Sequence record: MW272540.1
Reading direction: 5' to 3' (one strand)
Length of the DNA: 24,000 nucleotides
From: Aeromonas phage ZPAH1
Shown here: in pieces, positions 8,158 to 16,949 of the stretch
How positions within the stretch are numbered: position 1 is the stretch's first letter
Layout of the letters: each line of letters opens with the position of its first letter
The notes under the pieces: model-generated
What the model was told of the DNA's origin: nothing
Databases searched by the model: none
Seen by the model: the letters and a program-made list of their open reading frames with translations, nothing else
Translations under genes and position numbers: made by a program

Positions 8158-8166
8158 ATTATAACA
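8158..8166 (-). promoter_or_regulatory. Candidate extended -10 promoter (TGTTATAAT) for the nuclease gene
   Basis: TGNTATAAT in the intergenic gap, about 30 nt before the ATG, with an AAAGAAAGG-type ribosome site in between. Confidence 0.5.
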
Positions 8167-8195
8167 TAATGTCCTCATGTTCTGTATAATATAAA

Positions 8196-8215
8196 GGGGT
8201 TGAATACTCAACCCC
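8196..8215 (-). terminator. Perfect hairpin downstream of rIIB, possible terminator
   Basis: GGGGTTGA-GTAT-TCAACCCC on the minus strand followed by TTTATATTATA; the U tract is not ideal. Confidence 0.5.
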
Positions 8216-8236
8216 ACATCTCATTTACAACTATAT

Positions 8237-9481
8237 TTACCAGCAATTCCTTTGGTTAAACTCATGGCTGACATCTTCAATAACTTCGTATTTCCAAGTA
8301 CGAAGTTTGGCATGGTCATATCCATGAGGAATAGCAACTACGTGTTCAGGATTAACCTTACACAGAATAACCCGGTCATGTGGGCAATGGGAGTAATTCG
8401 GGATATAACTCTTAGCTGCCACATGGTAACCACTGGAACACTCATTATTTCGGTCTGGGTCTACTTCAAAAGGTAACATTTCTGGAACCGAACCGATTGA
8501 GTTATCTACACTCTTTGTATAGATATCCAAATAATCGTTGGTAACCCGCTTGTATGCAAGGAAGTGCCCGTCTTCGGTGATCTTGATGTCGTTATGCTTC
8601 AGGAAGTCGAAAAGCTCATATACGGCTTCACGGCGAGGATTACGAACAAGGTTCTTCAGGAATTCAACCAAAGTAGAAACATCTTGACCGGCTTTCCAAG
8701 ACTCTATAATTCTACGGGTCATATTGGTGTCCAGAACAACATCTTTATATGTCAGGATGTTACCCTCGATCTTGATATCCCCATTTACATAGTTTTCAAT
8801 TGCTCGTTTGACGGAAATTAAACCAACCGCTTTTTCTACATCATTTTCATAAATCAGAACATTCCGAGCTTCTTCGAATTTAGGATGGCTAGAATCTGCT
8901 GTATAAGCTTCCCCATCGACATAGCAGTTAATGAACGAATGACCACAGTTCCAAGAACTCACGACTTCTTTTTTCGGTGGTTCAACTACAATTTCAATTT
9001 CGACATATTCGGTCGGAGTTTCTTTCACAAGAACAGAAGCAACCGCCTTTTCGTGTTTTTTCTGGATACCCTTATGACGTCGAACTACATCACCAACCGT
9101 GGAACGGGGAATACCGGTTTGTCGAGAAATCTCATTTTGACTAAGACCGGATTCGTGGAGACGAATGATTTTTTGATCTCGGGTTTCTTCAACCGGTTTA
9201 TTTTCAGCGAAATCAAAATTTGCCGCATAGAAAATATCAATAAGTTTAGCCGGGGTTATTTCTAGAAGTTCATCAGAAACAGATTGGAACAGCTTTATAT
9301 CTGGAATATCGAAATCAAATTCCTCTTCTAGGATCATAACCAGTTCGATCACATCAAGTTCATCCAAACCAAGATCACCAAATGTGTCTGTAGGTTGAAT
9401 AACATCTCGTTTTGTGAATCCAAATTCTTCAATCAATGCTTTATGAAACACTTCTGAAATATTTTCTTTCGTAATAATCAT
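8237..9481 (-). CDS. rIIB: rIIB homologue with an N-terminal ACP-like domain and an HTH
   Basis: C-terminal half resembles T4 rIIB (ISVKRAIENYVNGDIKIEGN, RRIIESWKAGQD, YELFDFLKHNDIKITEDGHFLAYK, HAKLRTWKYEVIEDVSHEFNQ). N-terminus GDLGLDELDVIELVMILEEEFDFDIPD is ACP-like. GAGG site precedes the ATG at 9481. Confidence 0.9.
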   Translation of the reverse strand: MIITKENISEVFHKALIEEFGFTKRDVIQPTDTFGDLGLDELDVIELVMILEEEFDFDIPDIKLFQSVSDELLEITPAKLIDIFYAANFDFAENKPVEETRDQKIIRLHESGLSQNEISRQTGIPRSTVGDVVRRHKGIQKKHEKAVASVLVKETPTEYVEIEIVVEPPKKEVVSSWNCGHSFINCYVDGEAYTADSSHPKFEEARNVLIYENDVEKAVGLISVKRAIENYVNGDIKIEGNILTYKDVVLDTNMTRRIIESWKAGQDVSTLVEFLKNLVRNPRREAVYELFDFLKHNDIKITEDGHFLAYKRVTNDYLDIYTKSVDNSIGSVPEMLPFEVDPDRNNECSSGYHVAAKSYIPNYSHCPHDRVILCKVNPEHVVAIPHGYDHAKLRTWKYEVIEDVSHEFNQRNCW

Positions 9482-9489
9482 TTTAATCC

Positions 9490-11772
9490 TCATTTGGATT
9501 GGGGGAAATCATCCCCCAACACATTTTTGTTAATTTCATCTTTCAGAACACCATCAATTGTAATATAGCTGAAATTTCTAGTTTTAGTAGTCATTAGAGT
9601 ATATGCCATAATGTGGTCTTTCTTAAGTTTTTCTGTGAAATCTGTAATTTTTTGGGTTTGTTCCAACTTGACCTCAGAAACAATATTCCCATATTTTCCC
9701 ATGTAGTCAGCAGGTAGGATAGTCTCACAATATCTAAACAGGCGGTCAAGGTAACCATCCCAATCTTTTTTAAGACTCAGTTTGAAATGGCTAATAATCT
9801 CTTCTGTATAATTATGTAGTGTTAAGTCATTAATGAAATAACCTACTTTATCTTTCGAGAATTGTTTTTCCAATTCACTTTGCATGATTTTGGAAATATC
9901 AGATTTATCCAATCTCTTCAGATTTTTATTCTTTTCGGCTTGTTTAGTATGTACCTTATTGAGTTTGAAAACATTCTCTTTAAGGATATCACTAACCATT
10001 GCCAAAATGTAATCTTCTACTTGAAGATTCATTTGTGTTTCGTCTGAGTCAACAACGTGTCCGTGGATCATACCCACATAATATCCAGAAAGGTCCTTGA
10101 TGTCTTTTGAAACACAATAAATCTCTTGGATCCCGGTGTTTGGAGAATGGTATTTTACGTTGGGTTTACCTGCTCGGCTTTCTACTGGATTGTTTTTTCG
10201 CCATTCTTTTCGCCGTTCTGATTGAAGTTCCTTTTCGCGAGCAATGATATCCGGTCCATACTTTTCCCAAACCTTATTTGCATCAACAACTTCGATGTCA
10301 TCTTTGTGATATCGTTTTGCGATCTCAACAAAGACGTCTTTAACGATTTTGGAAATCCTCTTATTATAATGGTTAGTATTGAAAACAATCATAGAGCCAT
10401 TATTAATGTAACCTTCTTCGTGAAGCTTCTTAAGCTTTTTTCTGTACCCACGTTCATCGGTATCAATTAATACCATCGCAGCATTCAAACGGAATTGGTT
10501 ATATCTCGGGTCAACAAAAGAATCCACCACATAAGTATAAGCATCCGAAGAATACCGACTTGTATGATAAGAACGTTTTCGGTTGTAGATCCTACCGTTG
10601 GTTGTCCCCATTCCTGATGTGCGATAGGTAGTGATATCTTTATTTTTTGGATCATCCTTAACAAGGGAAATATACCTCAACCAAGGACTCGAAAGTTCAA
10701 AGGAATTATAGAACTTTTCCCAATCCCTCAACGATTTACCGTTGTGGAAAATATCATTACAGATTTTGCTGAAAATAGAATTACCCTGCTCAAGTTTTTT
10801 GATTGCATTAATCTTAGCTCTTGCGTCTTTTTGACCTTCAATCGCTTGATCTACCATCTTAATAACTTGGTCGTTATACGTCTGGAAATACGACTTCAAG
10901 GTTTCCATAGTATGTTTATCTAGGCTCAACTCTTCCCGGTTTGGAAGCATATTAACGGAACCCATCGGAAAATCTATGAATCGTTTCGCATTAGCCGGGA
11001 AAAATATTTCCGCCAGTGTATTTTCGAATACGTCTCGTGGGATCTCATAAGGAACACCACCCATCACCGCATACACACCAGATTTGTATAGTTCTGGTGA
11101 AGAACAATCGTTATTCTCCCAATCTTTATAATTCAAAAGATCGATAGACATCCCTTTATATTTCGGGTAATAACCGTTCTTATCAAATGTGAAGTACACA
11201 TACTGACTTTCTTTGATGAAGGTTGGAATATCATCTTCTTTAACCGGAATGACGATTTCAACGCCTGTAGGCTCGTCTGAGGGGCCTTCGAACACAGGAA
11301 CACAGTTTGGTTCACCGTCGTTCATATAAATGCTATAAACGGTTTTGGTGCCGTTAAAATAGGACGTTACGGTAAAGTTTGTAGTGTAGCAAAACGGACT
11401 TTTCGAACCTAGACCAAATGCCCCGATAAAATCGTCTGATTGGTCTTTAGACGAAGCAAAATAAGTTGCGAAAAGTCGAAAAATATTTTCTTTATCAAGA
11501 CCAATCCCGTAATCTCGAAGTTTCCATTGGAGATCCAGAATAGAAGGGAGAGTAACATCAAAATATTTTGGTGGACTGCCGCCTGCTAGTTCCAAGGCTT
11601 TATGACCATCGATAGCGTTACAGCTCAACTCACGAATAAAAGCACGGATCTTATACTTATACAACCCAGAAGAAAGAATTGTATAAGCTTTCTTGTTAAA
11701 TTCCATCCCATAGGTACGCCCTTCTTCCGTAGTCGAGCTATGGACCGGGGAGTGATGTTCAACCATTTTCAT
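9490..11772 (-). CDS. rIIA: rIIA homologue (GHKL ATPase-like)
   Basis: IRELSCNAIDGHKAL, LRDYGIGLDKENIFRLFATYFASSK, GAFGLGSKSPFCY; located immediately upstream of rIIB. Confidence 0.9.
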   Translation of the reverse strand: MKMVEHHSPVHSSTTEEGRTYGMEFNKKAYTILSSGLYKYKIRAFIRELSCNAIDGHKALELAGGSPPKYFDVTLPSILDLQWKLRDYGIGLDKENIFRLFATYFASSKDQSDDFIGAFGLGSKSPFCYTTNFTVTSYFNGTKTVYSIYMNDGEPNCVPVFEGPSDEPTGVEIVIPVKEDDIPTFIKESQYVYFTFDKNGYYPKYKGMSIDLLNYKDWENNDCSSPELYKSGVYAVMGGVPYEIPRDVFENTLAEIFFPANAKRFIDFPMGSVNMLPNREELSLDKHTMETLKSYFQTYNDQVIKMVDQAIEGQKDARAKINAIKKLEQGNSIFSKICNDIFHNGKSLRDWEKFYNSFELSSPWLRYISLVKDDPKNKDITTYRTSGMGTTNGRIYNRKRSYHTSRYSSDAYTYVVDSFVDPRYNQFRLNAAMVLIDTDERGYRKKLKKLHEEGYINNGSMIVFNTNHYNKRISKIVKDVFVEIAKRYHKDDIEVVDANKVWEKYGPDIIAREKELQSERRKEWRKNNPVESRAGKPNVKYHSPNTGIQEIYCVSKDIKDLSGYYVGMIHGHVVDSDETQMNLQVEDYILAMVSDILKENVFKLNKVHTKQAEKNKNLKRLDKSDISKIMQSELEKQFSKDKVGYFINDLTLHNYTEEIISHFKLSLKKDWDGYLDRLFRYCETILPADYMGKYGNIVSEVKLEQTQKITDFTEKLKKDHIMAYTLMTTKTRNFSYITIDGVLKDEINKNVLGDDFPQSK
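9499..9519 (-). promoter_or_regulatory. Hairpin at the rIIA/rIIB junction
   Basis: TTGGGGG-ATGATTT-CCCCCAA, perfect 7-bp stem, just upstream of the rIIB ribosome-binding site. Confidence 0.5.
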
Positions 11773-11796
11773 TATTACAAATTCCTCATAAATTTA

Positions 11797-12069
11797 TTAG
11801 ACAACAGACAAAAATTGCTCAACTTCATCAGCAGAGAAGTGATAGATAAGACCATCGATTTCTTGTGGTTCACCATCGATAGAAATAACAAATTCGGTTC
11901 CAGTATCCCAAATATCCGCACTTACCAAATAAAAAGTATCAATACCTTCTTTATCTAGAAAATCCACGACTTTTTTATTTCCCAAATCACCAGATTCTAG
12001 AATTTCACCATAATTGATGAATTCTTGCTTATGATTTTCGCTTTTGAATCGAAACCGCATATTATGCAT
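11797..12069 (-). CDS. Hypothetical protein between rIIA and gene 39
   Basis: Colinear ORF. Confidence 0.7.
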   Translation of the reverse strand: MHNMRFRFKSENHKQEFINYGEILESGDLGNKKVVDFLDKEGIDTFYLVSADIWDTGTEFVISIDGEPQEIDGLIYHFSADEVEQFLSVV

Positions 12070-12070
12070 T

Positions 12071-12403
12071 TTATTTCTCCATTTCGTGGTCTAGATAAAG
12101 GTCTAGCCATTCATTAGCCAGATCGTCAAGGTTTGGATTATCATAACCTAAAATCAATTTCCAATCAACCGTTTTTTGGTTTATAGATTTTTCATTTTTG
12201 ATTGCTTCGTGTAGCTTCGTAATCTCGATTAGAACTTCATCAATCTGTTCAATATCGTTTTCTTCACAAAACGTCTTCCATTCTTGGATTTGAAGCCCAT
12301 ACCAAGAGTATAGCTTATCACGAATAAACCAAACTGGTTTCTTTTTTCCGATGGATACAGTGTGGCTCACTTTTTTTGATAAGTCAGATAGATTAGATCT
12401 CAT
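12071..12403 (-). CDS. Hypothetical protein; start trimmed from 12505 to the ATG at 12403
   Basis: The longer ORF start overlaps gene 39 and reads through a near-consensus promoter; internal ATG gives MRSNLSDLSKK... Confidence 0.65.
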   Translation of the reverse strand: MRSNLSDLSKKVSHTVSIGKKKPVWFIRDKLYSWYGLQIQEWKTFCEENDIEQIDEVLIEITKLHEAIKNEKSINQKTVDWKLILGYDNPNLDDLANEWLDLYLDHEMEK

Positions 12404-12412
12404 ATTTTCACC

Positions 12413-12442
12413 ATTATACGATATTGGGGTTAACAATGTCAA
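12413..12442 (-). promoter_or_regulatory. Near-consensus sigma70 promoter
   Basis: TTGACA (12437-12442), 18 nt, TATAAT (12413-12418) in the gene 39/next gene junction. Confidence 0.7.
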
Positions 12443-12455
12443 CCCCTTCAATATA

Positions 12456-14462
12456 TTACTCTTCGTCTTCCATCCAATCTTTTCTGAGGGAAGAGAGTTT
12501 ACCAAAGAACATTTCTAGGGATTCATCCGACTTCGTATCTACGTCAATCACCTCAAGATATGGGTCTCGAATACACTTCTTGTAATCTTCCAGCTTTAGC
12601 TGACCCAAACCCTTAATGTGTTTATGTACCCAACCCTTTCCAACGAATTTTTTGTTGTTGAATTCGTTGGTATCATAACACCATACGGTTTCTTTACCTT
12701 TAGTGCTGATATACTCAGGTGTACGACATACCAACAATCGACCTTGATCGATGAAATGTTTCCAATACTTGTGGAACAGAGAAATTATCAATGGACTGAT
12801 ATGACCTCGACCATCCGGATCCGCATCCACAAGAATCGCGACATAATCATAATTTGCAGATGTGTTTCGTCTAACCCCTGATTGCTTCCGATACTGCTTA
12901 ACATTCGGACTCATTTCACGAACCCACTCAACCCCGGAGATTAAGTCCCTTGCTTGTTTCCAAACCCCATTTACAAGAACCTCGTCGTTTTCAGCAACAA
13001 CTAAATCCCCGTTTCGATAAAAGTCTCCCGGTGGTTGTTCTTTGCTTTCATCAAGGGGCATACCCATGATCGAAACAATCTCCGAGATTTCTTTATTCTT
13101 CATCACCTTGGCTATATTGTCCTGTTTATGAACAGACAACAGTTTACCACGAAGTGGGAACCCGCCTTGTGTATCTTTATCTCGACTAGATGCAAAAAAT
13201 CCAATTGCGGAATCACCTTCTGTCAAGAACAGAGTTGTTTCAAAACCCTTTTTACCATATTTGTTTGCTGCAACATGCTTTGGTACGTTAGAAGATAATG
13301 CCTTCTTTTGTGCCTTTGTTGCAAGTGCTTTTTCGATAGCATCACGTTTGGCAATTGCACTCTGTACAATTGGCATGATTACCGATTCGTTAGAGATAAC
13401 CTTTTTGGCTAATGACTTGAAGTCAATATCACAATGGTCCTTGATTTGACCGTTTGAGTTACTAAGTCTTTCTTTAGTCTGCCCATCGAATTTCGCACCA
13501 ACGAAATTACGTAGAGAGATAAAAATCAAGGTATTTTCTTTAATACGAGCCTTGTTAATTTCGACTTTAAATTTTCTCTTGATCATAGGTGTTAGTTCAT
13601 CACACAACCCGTTGATCAGATATTCAACATGGTTCCCACCTTGTTTAGTGTGGACACCGTTCACATAGCTTAGTTGTCTGAATTCGTCAGAAGTTCCGAT
13701 AAAGAAAGAACAATTATCATTTTCAAAAACGATAGGGTCCCCGAAATCTGAAGAGAACTTTTTGAGCTTTGATTCTACACGTTTTTTGTTAAATGTAAAC
13801 TTTACTTGTGGAAATAAAACAGACAGGATTTCCACACGAGAACGGATAACGTCTATTAGATCATCACAGATGTTAAAAACGCCAAACTTCCCGATCAGAT
13901 CTGGTATAAATTCAACTGTTGTACCCTGTTTCCCGCCTTTTGTTGTCGAATAGTCTTGATTTTCTGCGTTTTGGGTGCAATAGATTGTTACTGTGTTTTT
14001 CCCGTCGCATGTGGACGCACGAAACATAGTCGAATATAGGTTTGTAAGTACAGACCCAACACCATTTTTACCAATCCCTTTTCTTTCTTTATCGAAGTTG
14101 CCACCGGATCGGGCGCGAGTATAACAAGCCAATGGGTAAGGGATAATCTCACCTTCTGGGGTTTCCACATCATACTGAGGGATCCCACGACCGTTATCCG
14201 CGATGGTGATGCGATTTTCTTGATCGTCGATTGATACATCAATTTTATTTGCAAATTTAAAATCAGTGCGGATTGCTTCATCTACAGAGTTATCAATAAT
14301 TTCATCGATAATCTTTGCCATACCGGGAATATATCTTTTTTCTACGAATGTACCGTTATCCAAGACGACATGTGTCTCTTCAGATACAGACCCAATATAC
14401 ATATCTTCGTTCATAAAGATATGTTCATAATCTGATAGAATTTTACCTTCTTGTTCCTTCAT
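12456..14462 (-). CDS. 39: DNA topoisomerase II large subunit (intact, equivalent to T4 gp39 plus gp60)
   Basis: GHKL motifs IIDNSVDEAIR, DNGRGIP, GKNGVGS; TOPRIM TEGDSAIGFF, ILVDADPDGRGH; GAGGT site before the ATG. Confidence 0.92.
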   Translation of the reverse strand: MKEQEGKILSDYEHIFMNEDMYIGSVSEETHVVLDNGTFVEKRYIPGMAKIIDEIIDNSVDEAIRTDFKFANKIDVSIDDQENRITIADNGRGIPQYDVETPEGEIIPYPLACYTRARSGGNFDKERKGIGKNGVGSVLTNLYSTMFRASTCDGKNTVTIYCTQNAENQDYSTTKGGKQGTTVEFIPDLIGKFGVFNICDDLIDVIRSRVEILSVLFPQVKFTFNKKRVESKLKKFSSDFGDPIVFENDNCSFFIGTSDEFRQLSYVNGVHTKQGGNHVEYLINGLCDELTPMIKRKFKVEINKARIKENTLIFISLRNFVGAKFDGQTKERLSNSNGQIKDHCDIDFKSLAKKVISNESVIMPIVQSAIAKRDAIEKALATKAQKKALSSNVPKHVAANKYGKKGFETTLFLTEGDSAIGFFASSRDKDTQGGFPLRGKLLSVHKQDNIAKVMKNKEISEIVSIMGMPLDESKEQPPGDFYRNGDLVVAENDEVLVNGVWKQARDLISGVEWVREMSPNVKQYRKQSGVRRNTSANYDYVAILVDADPDGRGHISPLIISLFHKYWKHFIDQGRLLVCRTPEYISTKGKETVWCYDTNEFNNKKFVGKGWVHKHIKGLGQLKLEDYKKCIRDPYLEVIDVDTKSDESLEMFFGKLSSLRKDWMEDEE

Positions 14463-14468
14463 TTTACC

Positions 14469-14819
14469 TCACTTTAAAAAACCATAACGTTTCAGGATCT
14501 CTACTGACTTTTCGTCATCGAGAGAAACGGAGTTATATCGATTATTTATATTCAACTCTTTGTACATAGTATAATTGATTTCCGGAGGAACATGGATATA
14601 GTTTGTCAAAAAGAATGCTGGTTCGTAATCGGCTTCGTAGCAGATGTAAGATTGGTTTTCAATAAATTTCAGATCGACCAACTTATATGATCCGCAAATA
14701 TCACCATTGATACTTTTTGTACTTACCCAAAACATTCGAGCCGAGCAGTATGGTTTTTCTTTTAGGCGGTCTTTTGCGACCTCTACCAGTTCTGGCCTGT
14801 GTTGATGTTCAAAATTCAT
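14469..14819 (-). CDS. Hypothetical protein
   Basis: Colinear ORF immediately upstream of gene 39. Confidence 0.7.
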   Translation of the reverse strand: MNFEHQHRPELVEVAKDRLKEKPYCSARMFWVSTKSINGDICGSYKLVDLKFIENQSYICYEADYEPAFFLTNYIHVPPEINYTMYKELNINNRYNSVSLDDEKSVEILKRYGFLK

Positions 14820-14834
14820 GTGTGTTCCTCAATA

Positions 14835-14857
14835 AAGAAAGGGGATAGTCTCCCCTT
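14835..14857 (-). terminator. Likely terminator after the 14856-15230 gene
   Basis: Minus strand AAGGGGA-GACTA-TCCCCTT then TTCTTT; overlaps the stop codon. Confidence 0.65.
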
Positions 14858-15230
14858 AAATTTTTTCGAGATAATAACTAGAAGTATCTTTTGATTGGTC
14901 TTCTACCTTTGTTGCAATGTAAAACGCCTGACGGCTACCATCTGCAACTATATAATATCGGTATACAATGTATTGATTGTATACATTTTTGGTATAGAAA
15001 TAATCGTCACCAATGATATATTCAAAGAATTCCTTTGTTAGATGAGATCCAATTATCACAGGTAGTTCAACATTAAGGTTACCGTTACCGGTCCCGCTGG
15101 ATACCCTGACACGACACGAATTTTCTATGGATGGTCTCACGAACCAACTATCTTTATTGAAATCAAATGGGTTTTCTGGTGATATTGGGAAATGTTTAAT
15201 CGCCCATTCTTTAGCAATTTCTCTATGCAT
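14856..15230 (-). CDS. Hypothetical protein
   Basis: 124-aa colinear ORF. Confidence 0.7.
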   Translation of the reverse strand: MHREIAKEWAIKHFPISPENPFDFNKDSWFVRPSIENSCRVRVSSGTGNGNLNVELPVIIGSHLTKEFFEYIIGDDYFYTKNVYNQYIVYRYYIVADGSRQAFYIATKVEDQSKDTSSYYLEKI

Positions 15231-15436
15231 TATTCCACCTTGGAGTATACAACAACCCCATCATATTGTTCATATTGACAAACCAAGGATCCGTCTTTGT
15301 AGAAAGACATGATGTGACCATCTGCATCATAAGAAGTTTTGGATTCCACACCATCAGCATAAGCCAGTTCTTCGAATTCTTCTTTAGTGATATCTACCAT
15401 CATTTTATCATCCTCTTTGTGAATTTGGGTCAACAT
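15230..15436 (-). CDS. Small hypothetical protein; start possibly the internal MMVDITKEEF
   Basis: Colinear ORF with a stop/start junction at 15230. Confidence 0.6.
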   Translation of the reverse strand: MLTQIHKEDDKMMVDITKEEFEELAYADGVESKTSYDADGHIMSFYKDGSLVCQYEQYDGVVVYSKVE

Positions 15437-16070
15437 CCGTTGGGATTGGTTCTAACCCATACGAATATCGTTTTGAGTACAGCAACATCATAACATCCCT
15501 TGCTGCATCATGCAATGAATTATGTTTTGTGAACCCCGGTAAACTACCTACCGGGAGCGGGCAATAAGTCACATCCCGAGATAGGTTAGATTCTATCGCA
15601 GTCCTAACTTCACGGAAATTGTTAAACATCACTGGCATGTTATCAGTTACTTCGTCATCTTTCAAGTGATAAACGCAACTAAACCAACTACGTAGCCAAA
15701 CGACATCCATTTCACCACGAGTCCAGATATGAGATTTCTTAAATTTAACACCGGTATCTAGGAAGAACTGTCTCAACTCTTCGGCGGATTCGTACAAAGA
15801 CTTATCCTCAGATGAGGGTTTTAGGAGAAGTTTAGCAGCATCCCCCTGTTTTTTCCACCACGCCAGCGTACTCTGGCTATATGTTCTACCAAGATATTTT
15901 TGCGACTTGATGTTAAATTTAAACTTTTTACCACATGCAACTAATTCATTAAAATTTGGAGTATTACTTGGATCCATTATAAACGGAATTATAGAAAATT
16001 CAACAAGAATCGCATTTTCAACTGTATTCAATGATTCGAAGTCGATTAGGTAATCTGTTATCGGGTCCAT
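15408..16070 (-). CDS. dexA: Exodeoxyribonuclease A (DexA-like, DEDDh)
   Basis: Resembles T4 DexA: LIDFESL, KFNIKSQK, STLAWWKKQ, EDKSLYESAEEL, CPLPVGSLPGFTKHNSLHDAARDVMMLLYSKRYSYGLE. Confidence 0.88.
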   Translation of the reverse strand: MDPITDYLIDFESLNTVENAILVEFSIIPFIMDPSNTPNFNELVACGKKFKFNIKSQKYLGRTYSQSTLAWWKKQGDAAKLLLKPSSEDKSLYESAEELRQFFLDTGVKFKKSHIWTRGEMDVVWLRSWFSCVYHLKDDEVTDNMPVMFNNFREVRTAIESNLSRDVTYCPLPVGSLPGFTKHNSLHDAARDVMMLLYSKRYSYGLEPIPTDVDPNSQRG

Positions 16071-16573
16071 TACGCTGTCCCCGAAGATCCAATCCCAGCA
16101 TCACCACGAGAAGTAACATTTTCAAACTGTTCAACACGATTAAATTTCAGTTGGTTGAATACCGGGATGAACACCATTTGACAGAACCGTTCCCCTGCTG
16201 GGATATGAAGAACCTTATTGAAACTAATGGGGTCTTGTTCGTTTACGTAATGTTCATTTCGAACCTTAACCATGATTTCACCTTGATAGTTTCCATCAAT
16301 CAGACCCACGGTGTTAGCCAACCGAGTATAAAATTTGAAACCAAGACCAGAACGAGGGAGGACCATGGCAGCAATACCAAGACCCGGAACACCAGTATCA
16401 AATTGGCTCATATCAAATCGCATACCAGTATTGACAACAATTTCTTCACCGGGTTTCAACATAATTGGTTCTGGTGTTCGCAAGTCAATTGCCGCATCAC
16501 CGTCGCGTTGAAAATCTGGCATCACATCATATTCGAAACCACTAATAAAATTCATTTGCATTTCATACCTCAT
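16070..16573 (-). CDS. dut: dUTP diphosphatase (trimeric type); start trimmed from 16717
   Basis: Motifs GDAAIDLRT, PRSGLGFK, GLIDGNYQGEI, AGERFCQMVFIP, RGDAGIGSSG; ATG at 16573 avoids a long overlap with the upstream gene. Confidence 0.9.
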   Translation of the reverse strand: MRYEMQMNFISGFEYDVMPDFQRDGDAAIDLRTPEPIMLKPGEEIVVNTGMRFDMSQFDTGVPGLGIAAMVLPRSGLGFKFYTRLANTVGLIDGNYQGEIMVKVRNEHYVNEQDPISFNKVLHIPAGERFCQMVFIPVFNQLKFNRVEQFENVTSRGDAGIGSSGTA

Positions 16574-16949
16574 TTTTAATTTTATCTGCCAAGAATTTGG
16601 CAAGTTCTTTCCTAGCCTGACCATAAAAGCCTTGATACATATCATCAATTTCGTCATATGCGATATATGGGCAGCTAGTAGAAATACCATCGTTATATGG
16701 TACTGGGTACAGATCATTTCCAGAAAACAATTCCCATTCTACCCAATATCGTTTAAATACGTCGGATATGTCATCTTCATATCCACGGATATACCTTTCG
16801 TCAATACAAAATTTCCAATCTTGGTTACAAAGACCAATCTCCTGACACCACCATTCTGGAAAAATACCATTGGATACATTTTCCAGAATTTCCGAAACTT
16901 TCATCCCATAATCTTTTTCGTAATCATCTTGTTCATCATACATTCTCAT
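16563..16949 (-). CDS. Hypothetical protein, paralogue of the next gene
   Basis: MKVSEILENVSNGIFPEWWCQEIGLCNQDWKF and GFYGQARKELAKFLADKIKNE match its neighbour. Confidence 0.75.
   Translation of the reverse strand: MRMYDEQDDYEKDYGMKVSEILENVSNGIFPEWWCQEIGLCNQDWKFCIDERYIRGYEDDISDVFKRYWVEWELFSGNDLYPVPYNDGISTSCPYIAYDEIDDMYQGFYGQARKELAKFLADKIKNEV

Noticed and set aside
13762-13953. Possible intein in the topoisomerase large subunit, suggested by NENDEV/NGVWKQARDL-like text in the 39/60 linker
   Set aside because: No N-terminal Cys/Ser splice block or C-terminal His-Asn block was found. The linker resembles the T4 gp39 C-terminus, so a non-intein insertion is more likely.
14543-14550. Minus-strand TATAAATA upstream of gene 39
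   Set aside because: It lies within a coding sequence, and gene 39 is an early/middle gene in T4; probably chance in AT-rich DNA.
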